Part shown: positions 55,771 through 64,000 of the stretch, one piece after another
Position numbering within the stretch: the stretch's first letter is position 1
Layout: every line of letters begins with the position of its first letter
From: the human T2T-CHM13v2.0 reference genome, Homo sapiens
Strand: one strand, 5' to 3'
Assembly: GCF_009914755.1 (NCBI RefSeq)
Contig: NC_060925.1
DNA: 64,000 bases
Translations under genes and position numbers: made by a program
Notes under the pieces: generated by a model
The model's database searches: none
What the model saw: only the letters and a program-made list of their open reading frames with translations
Told to the model about the DNA's origin: nothing

Positions 55771-56050
55771 ATCATTCATTTGTTATTCATTCACTCATTT
55801 ACTTTATGAATCAGTTTAAAAATATTTACTGAGCATCTACTACATGCTGTAATTATTGTATTACATGCTGGTCAGGTAAGAGCGAGTAACATAATCCTGA
55901 AGGAATGCACAACCTAGGGAGGATATCAAAACACAAAAGCTTTGATAAAGCACTTTTGGCAGTCAGAAAAAGAATAAAGAATGCTCCTTGTGCAGTGAGG
56001 AAGGCGTCACAAAGAAGGCAATGATTACCCTGGGCCTTAAAGGATAAGGA
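55771..56050 (-). mobile_element. L2 3' end
   Basis: (ttca)n..aaatatttactgagcatctacta inverted tail. Confidence 0.65.
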
Positions 56051-58149
56051 CTCTATAAAAAGGAATATTGGTACATTTTTATAGTGCATTCTTTATAGTG
56101 CCAATGAGGCCTCTTCCTTGCCCCCTGCAAAAAGAAAAAAAAAATCATGATTATAAGCTAGTAACAGTGCTTTGATCTTTAGTGTCAAGAAATTCTATCT
56201 TCAGAAAGTCTGTTAAAATGTGAAAGAAGTTTGCTCATTAACTCTTTTATAGGACTCTCCTGTTAACATCCCATGACTGGTATGAAGTTCAAATGAAAAG
56301 ATCACATTCTTTGTAAATTGTAAAGTGCAATGCAAATATCAGTGATTTGTGATGTTGCTTATATTACAGTAATAACATCATTAATAAGGATTATTTTATC
56401 AATTTTCTAGACTTTAGCAATACAACATGGAGAAAATTTACACATAGAACTGGTTTAAAAAATTGGTTATGTAATATCATGGTGGATACTTCCAAAAAGG
56501 CGTATTAGGGAAAAATAGGCTTGGAGCTTGGCATAAAGAAAAATTGTTTTGTGCTACCAGAGAGACAAAATAACCAATAGGCTAGATTATCTCATTTTGT
56601 TTAGAAATTAAAATGACTTCTGACTAGTTGTCACACACTGAAATCAGGGGCTCTCATTTCACACGTTTACATCAGCCATGCTACTTTGTTTCAATGACGC
56701 TGGATTTATCCTTCATCTTCTCAACCTACCTGTCAGTTACTAAGCAAGAAATTTTTCTGTGGCTAGCTTAAACCTATACTGGGGTGCCAATAAACCAGAG
56801 ACACCAAAAGTATTTCTGAAGGAATAGATGTGACATTTTAATTAGAAGCATCAAAGTAATCATTTAAAAAAGCCAACCAATATTCTATGGCACAATTTTA
56901 GTCTTGTTTTTTAATTTAGAATTATTTTAAATCAAATATAGGGAAGAGTACCAGAAAGTTTTCAGTGTTTAAGGCCCTCTAAAGGTCTTAACAGGATCCC
57001 ACTTGGGATTTTAAAATCATTTTTATAATTTTCCTGCAATCCTAAATGACTGAAAGGAGTAGCAACATGATCTCCTAAACCGAGCACAAGCCTGAACATC
57101 AAGGTCTCTGAGTACCATCTCCCTGCAAACTGAAAAATGGGCAAATGATGATAGACTAATAGGAAAGGATGTTCTCAAACCAGATTATATTATTGGGTAC
57201 AGCCTGAAAGCAGCTAGCACTAGCAGCAAGTTTTCCACTCAAGCTGTTAATGTTTCCTAAGAAAATTCCTCACATTTAAACAGTGTCTAGCCCCAAGCCT
57301 TCCTGTCACTCCTGTGCTACACACAAGAGTAGAAAGGTGGCCTTACAGTTTGATTTGCATAGCCGGATTGTGTAAAAATGGTCCTTAGTATCTTTCTCCT
57401 GGTCTGAAATTGTTTCTGATAAAGTTACCAGTGCATTAGACAATACAGCCTTCTGTCCATCAGGAACATGTGTAACCACAGGTGAGGTGACAGGTCTCCC
57501 TTCAACAAATACATCCTCCCCACAAACACAACTGCACACGTTAGTTAACCAGAATTGGCTTATTTGCAAACCCCACTGAAGAAATGACTATGGTGTTTGG
57601 TATCAGTGTGGTGATGTGGTTCAAAGCACACACTCAGGCAAAACAGAACAGTAACTTCAAAATAAGAAAATTTTTTCTTACATGTGTAAACGTGTTATTC
57701 ACTGCAGCATTTTTTAAGATCTCCTTTTCCTTTCACATCTTTCTTTTGCACCCGTGAAGGCCCCTTACCTTCACTTTCAAAATTCTCCCAATGCTGGCCC
57801 CTGACTCTCACCTTTCCAAATATCACCCTTTTCTTCTACTCACTGCCATCCCCTGTTGGCTCCCCCTTAATTTTAATATCGCATCTCAAAAGCCCACCAT
57901 GAAAAAAATGGGTATGGAAACAGTCCCACCTTAGATGGAGTAGAGGGGAAACACCAAGTAGAAAAAACTAAACATTTCATATTTTTGACAAAAAAAAAAA
58001 AAATCATCTTTTGTGCCAGCCTGGTTGTCATTTCAGAAAGCTTTGGGTCTTAAGTAAATAGGAAATGATGGGAAAGTTTTATTGGGGTAGAGGTGATACT
58101 GAGAATATGTGGCACCACCCAGGAAGGCACCCCCTGTAGAGTCACAACC

Positions 58150-58380
58150 ACGCGTGCTACCATTGATTCAGAGCCTACAATATGTCATGGAGTTTTACAT
58201 AAATTATTTTATTTTTCCTCAGCACAATATGGTGGGATAGATTTTATTTTTTTTATTTTATAGAAGAAGAAATGTGGGAAACTGAGGTAGGCTAAATAAT
58301 TTCCCTGCTATTTGTAACAGAGGCAACATGAAAGCTCAGTGCTTATAGTTTGCAAACCAGTCACATTATTACCCTAAAGT
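58150..58380 (-). mobile_element. MIR
   Basis: attttatagaagaagaaa..gaaactgagg..ggctaaataattt core. Confidence 0.5.
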
Positions 58381-59728
58381 CACAGCATTTCCACAGTGGG
58401 GGGACTGCCCCTCATAGCTGGGAGACAGCGTTAGATGCTACGGTAGCTCCTTAATAAAAACATTGCCAAAGACAGCCTTCACCCACCTCCTCTTAATGTT
58501 AGGCCTGGCCCAGCATTTCCACAGATTCTAAGACTATGCTGGCAATCAACCACTTTGGCCTGCCCTCTCCCCATCTCATAACAATCTTGTGTCTTATCTT
58601 AAATGTGGGTCACAAAGGAAAATAGCCATCAGGATGGCAACCACTCACTCCAGCTTTGGGGTAGTTGATGCTACGTGAAAGAAAGCAATCTTTCTCTTTC
58701 TGCCTTGCTCCCTTCCTTCAGATTCAGATGCAAAGGTTCACAATTCTTAGGAGTTAAGGGGGTTAAATCTTCATAGGCCATTCTTTAAGCTTTAAAACAA
58801 AACCAGTAAAAAAGCTCTGTAAGCCCTAACACCTTTTATATATTTTGTAGTTAAAAGAGAAGAAAGAGAATAAGGTGCCCCTAGCAAGGCATATATATGC
58901 CTTCCACTTCAACCTATGGCATTTTCATTCTAACCCTATTTTCTCTATACAGCCTGCCAGTAATATTCTTAATTAGGGGTCACTATTACTTTCTTTTTAA
59001 AATAAGAAATAGTATAAAACCTCCCATTTTCCACTTTTATGGAAGGGACATAGAAACATATTAGTTAAAGGCAGTTTGCATTCTGTTTTTCCTACCAAAG
59101 TGATCCTTATAAAATCCAGTTCACGGTATAATTAATGACCTTTTCTCATGCTTTAGGGCATAAGCTGATTACCAGTCTGGGTCAGAGAAAACATTTCCCG
59201 GGTGTAGAATTGCACAATTAAATGTGTTGTGAGGAATCTGTGCTTTCCTTTGATGCTTTGGTCTTTGCCACGGTGGGGGGCAGGATGCTGGGCTGGATGG
59301 GCAGTTGCTGTGTTACAGCGTGCCACATCCTCTGCTTCTCCAAACACACTGGAAAATGACCTAAGACCACCTGCAACACTCATCACATGAGCTCTTCTGA
59401 TGCTCCCACAAGAGAAGCAGATGTCTGCAAGTGAATACTCAGGATGCAGCCAACCGAAACAAGTTTTAACATTACGTGAAAGTTGATCTTTCTAGGGAAG
59501 GGGGAAAAGGTAAAGAACCCCTCCTGACTATCTTTGCTTTCCCTCAGAAGTTGCTGATGTATCATTTTTGTATAAATTAAAACTTGTGTTTCTGTTTTAA
59601 CTTTAAGCAAAGGGAAATCATGTGTTCCCTGAAACACAAAAGCTACAAATAATTATGTTATATAGGGAATTAAAATATTAAAGTGGACAAGACTTGCAAT
59701 ATCTATACATCAGCCAAAATTTTCTAAA

Positions 59729-59880
59729 GCAGTGCTGTGCATATAATTTTTCTGGAAGATGGAAATATTCTGTATCTTTGCTGTTCAATATGGTAGCTAC
59801 CTGGCCATGTGTTATCAGTCATTTGAGACACAGCTAGTATGACTAAGGAACTAAAATTTAAATCAAATTTAATTTAATTC
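59729..59880 (+). mobile_element. MER3-like hAT relic
   Basis: gatggaaatattctgtatct..gctgttcaatatggtagc...gactaaggaactaaaattt. Confidence 0.7.
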
Positions 59881-60119
59881 ATGTATTTAATTACATTGCG
59901 ATGTAAACTTAAATATATTGGTTTAACTAAAGTTAAATAAAATGTTTTATAGTTCTGATGCTTCAATGAACAGTAAAGAACCATCTCTCTTTGTCCATTA
60001 GTTTTCTCACTTACAAGTGGGCATAAATAAATAGTTTTTAAAATTCTGCCTTTTAAAAAGGGAAAAACTCTTCCATTTGTTCTAATTCATTAATGTAGGA
60101 TTAAGATGTACTGTATATC

Positions 60120-60270
60120 TTCCACATTCTTTTAATCTTTATATTTTATTTTATTCTTTCTATTATCTTTTTACATATCTTTATAATATATTCTTATATA
60201 TTTTTTATCTTTATATTATATATTTAGTATATTTTATTGTCTTCTTATATCTTTATATTCTTTTTATATC
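60120..60270. repeat. Degenerate (TCTTTATAT)-like low-complexity tract
   Basis: Directly visible. Confidence 0.7.
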
Positions 60271-61486
60271 TGCCAAAAGTAAAGAGAAATAACCACAAGA
60301 GAGATACCTTTTAAAAACTTACTTAGTTTACATAATCCTAAAGGTTCTTAAAGGAAGAAACAAAATATTTGTATATACATCTGATGTTTCAATAGTGCAG
60401 GTTTATTAGGTGTGACTATCTTTAAAGATGTAAACTATTTTCAACCACCTAGTCAGTTCTCCTTACAAATGTTTTAAAGGGTTTTTGACGTTGTCGAATA
60501 ATGATTATAAAACATGAGAAAGACTGAAACATTCCAACAAGCAGGGAGTTACTATTTTACAATTTGTGAAATACATATTATGATATACAGTTTATAGATT
60601 TTTTTCAAAAGCAGTCAAAAATGGTCAAACTCAATCAAGTGTATTGAACACATAATGTTTCCCCAGCAAAAAAGACAAGCAAACACAATAGAGGTCTTTT
60701 TGACTGATAAACAGTTTAAGCTAAAACTGAAAAAGAAAAAAATCTAAATTATTTTTAATAACTCTGTACTGAAGGAATTTTTGGCAGTCAACATAATCAA
60801 AATTACTTTCATATGTTGACATAACTTAAAAGAATTGAGAGTTCTCAACTTTATCCAATCCCATATCTTAAATGATCATCTACTTGAGAAAGCAGGAACA
60901 CATTTTGCTATTTTACTAATTATTGCTCTTGGTTTTGCAAAGCTTGCCATCTCATCAGCATTCAAGTGCTAATTATCTAAAACTAGAAGTTAGTCAAATA
61001 TATTATTGCTATTATGTCAATCGAATATTTTGGTTACACTGTTCTTTTGAAGAATAGATTTTAAAGGCAAAATATCCCAAAGTTAAAAAATATGTAAAGA
61101 ATTGCAAAGTCAGAGATTAAAGTTTCTGTAGTCAACTCTAAATAATTTACAAAGAAAAATCAATTTCATTTATCAAAATACTTATCACTATAATAAATTG
61201 TATTTACTTCTCTAATGCAATTAGTTTAATTTTCTATAATTATCTTGATATACATTGAAAATATAGAAGACAAAATAGTTATGATTTCCAGAAGTTTATA
61301 ATTTATAATACCTGCTTTTCATTAAAAAAATTATAATGGTAATTAAATGAATTATTTTAAGACAAGATGCCAATACTTTTTGCCACAAATATTCCACTCA
61401 CTGGTCCAATAACATTATCTTCATCCAAGGACATGGTGAGAACTATGAGTCCCCAGTGTCTTATTCGGAACTCTCAGAACCAAATG

Positions 61487-61811
<325 letters not shown>

Positions 61812-61824
61812 TAAAATGTTTCTA

Positions 61825-62046
61825 GGCCAGGCGTGGTGGTTCATGCCTGTAATCCCAGTATTTTTGGAGGCCCAGTATTTTGGATCACTTGAGGTCAGGA
61901 GTTTGAGATCAGCCTGGCCAACATGGTGAAACCTCATCTACAAAAATACAAAAATTAGCCGGGCATGGTGGAGGGCACCTTTAATCCCAGCTGCTCGGGA
62001 GGCTGAGGCAGGAGAATGACTTGAACCTGGGAGGCAGAGGTTGCAG
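61825..62046 (+). mobile_element. AluS, 3'-truncated and tail-less
   Basis: Intact 5' end, stops at gaggttgcag; no poly(A). Confidence 0.9.
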
Positions 62047-62244
62047 AAGGTAAAAAATTAATATATGATGTAAAACCTCCAGTGGGTTCTGGTGCAATAT
62101 CTTGCAATTAAGCATATTAATATTTTTGTAGTAAAACATCTGAATATCGATAACAAGTGGCCTAAAGACTAGCCACACACAATTTCAGATCAGCATGTGC
62201 TAAGTGCATTTACTCAAATTTACCCTAAAATGTTTAGTTTTCAA

Positions 62245-63155
62245 TTAAAGACAATTCACAAACTATAGGGAAACAATATTTGAAATACATGTATCTGACA
62301 AAGGGTTCATTTCTAAAATATATAAAGAACTCTAACAAATCAATAATTTTAAAAATGGGCAAAAAAGAAAGCAAGCCACTTCACAAAACAGAATATACAG
62401 ATAGCCAGTGAGCAAATATAAAAGCACTCAACATCATTAATCATCAGTAAACACAAATTAAAACCATGATGTGACACCATTTCACATCCATTAGAAGGCC
62501 CCACGTCTGAAACATCAAGACTGATCATGCTAAATGTTGGTGAGGATGAGTGATCAGAACACTCATACTCTGCTGGTGAGAGTACAAAATGACATAACCA
62601 CTTCAGAGAATTATTTTGCACTTCCTTATTAATCTAAATATCTACTCTATGACCCAGTAATTTCATTCCTCGGTATGTACCCAAGAAAAATAAAAATATA
62701 TACCAACCGAAAGACTTAGACAAGGATGGCTGTAGCAGCCTTACTCCTAATAACCAACAATTGAAAGCAATCCAAATTTCATCGACAGAAGGATATGCAA
62801 AGTATACTATGTTTATATAATAGAATGCCACTCAGAAAAAGAGGAATAGACTGCTGATACAATGTGGATGAATCTCAAAACTTTTTTGAATGAAAGAATT
62901 CAGACACAAAAACGAACATACTATACGATTGTTTACATGAAATCTAAGAACAGGTAAAACTAATCTGTGATGATAGTAATCAGAAGGTGATTCCTGGGAG
63001 CATTGTAGGAAAAGGGTAATTTAAGGAAACTATGAAGTGATGAAAATGGTTTATATCTTATTTTGAGTGGGAAATAACACGGGTGTATCCAGTTGTCAAA
63101 GCTCATCTAACTGAACACTTGGGATCTAGTATTTTACATAAATTCTACCTCAATC
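62245..63155 (+). mobile_element. L1ME-type 3' fragment
   Basis: gtatctgacaaaggg..., ggtaaaactaatctgtgatgatag, ttgtcaaagctcatc..acctcaat. Confidence 0.75.
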
Positions 63156-64000
63156 TCTTTAAAAAACCTATTTTCAGAGTTGTTTTTTCACTTTGGAATT
63201 GCAGGTAAAGGACTGTGGACCTGTATTAAATGCTTGCTTTTTGACAACTCTTCCCTCCAATGGAAGCAGTTAAACACATTCAGAGGAATTCTGCTGTTAA
63301 GGACTGTTGGCCTGAGGATTCAAATCTTGGTGATCGTTTAATTTTTCACAGACAAATCTCACACAGTCTGGCTTGATAAATCAAGGACGATTACTTCAAA
63401 GATAGAAAATGTAATTTTGCATTAAAAGCCTCAAAGTACAACCCAGGTTAATAAACCCAGTAGATAATATTTACATCTTAAAGAAAAGACTCCAAATTTT
63501 TTCTAGCCACCGCATCCCCTGTGTTCCAAATTGTTGTCTTGTTAATTTTCCAGCTGATGGGCAGAGTAAAACTGAGAGAGGAGACTTCATTTGTCTCCAC
63601 TCGTTGTTGAGGGGTCCTCAGATGGGGCACCTGCTGTTTATTCACTCCTATTGGGTTTCAACATTCCAATCACATAGCAATGCTAGGACTTGAAGTTCCT
63701 TTCAGATTATATTCCATGTTGTACAATAAACACTCAACTTCAACAGGAAAATTCTTTCCAGTTACCAGGTAGAGCACTGGCTACAATTAAGAATCTTTGG
63801 GGAATGACTTAATGAAGACATCCTAACCAGATGCTGCTCTCTTCATTAAATGAAGCTTTGAAAAGGATGAAGCACTTGAAAAGCTAGGATTATCTTTTAC
63901 ATGATTGTCTATGGCATACAAAACTACATTTGCATCTCTGCCTGTTTCTAGCCTAAAGAAAATTCAAAACAACTAACATTAAATCTTCAAATTGTGTTAT

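Noticed and set aside
57306-57569. 87-aa minus-strand ORF in unique DNA
   Set aside because: Non-ATG start, no recognisable homology, no convincing flanking splice sites

Overview
AT-rich primate (human-like) nuclear DNA, intronic or intergenic. I found no recognisable protein-coding gene, RNA gene, CpG island or CRISPR array. Most track ORFs are Alu, L1, LTR or microsatellite artefacts, and the rest are unrecognised short frames. Over half of the window is transposable-element relic: 12 Alu/FLAM copies, several nested L1s, L2/L3/MIR, MaLR/ERV LTRs, and MER20, Tigger3a, MER58, MER3 and MER46C DNA transposons. Family calls come from recalled consensus sequences and the boundaries of old repeats are approximate. 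The most striking structure is a 7.9-kb composite insert (40388-48250) bounded by one 15-bp target-site duplication (TSD). It contains a 5'-inverted L1PA-type stub, a much older near-full-length L1PB carrying an AluJ, and 177 bp of unrelated sequence, so it may be an unusually long L1 3' transduction. Other points: a probable MER121 ancient conserved element, a ~138-bp monomer array in an old L1 5'UTR, a tail-less Alu head-to-head with an AluJ inside MER46C, and a few weak exon and enhancer candidates. I cannot support a genuinely new biological system from sequence alone.
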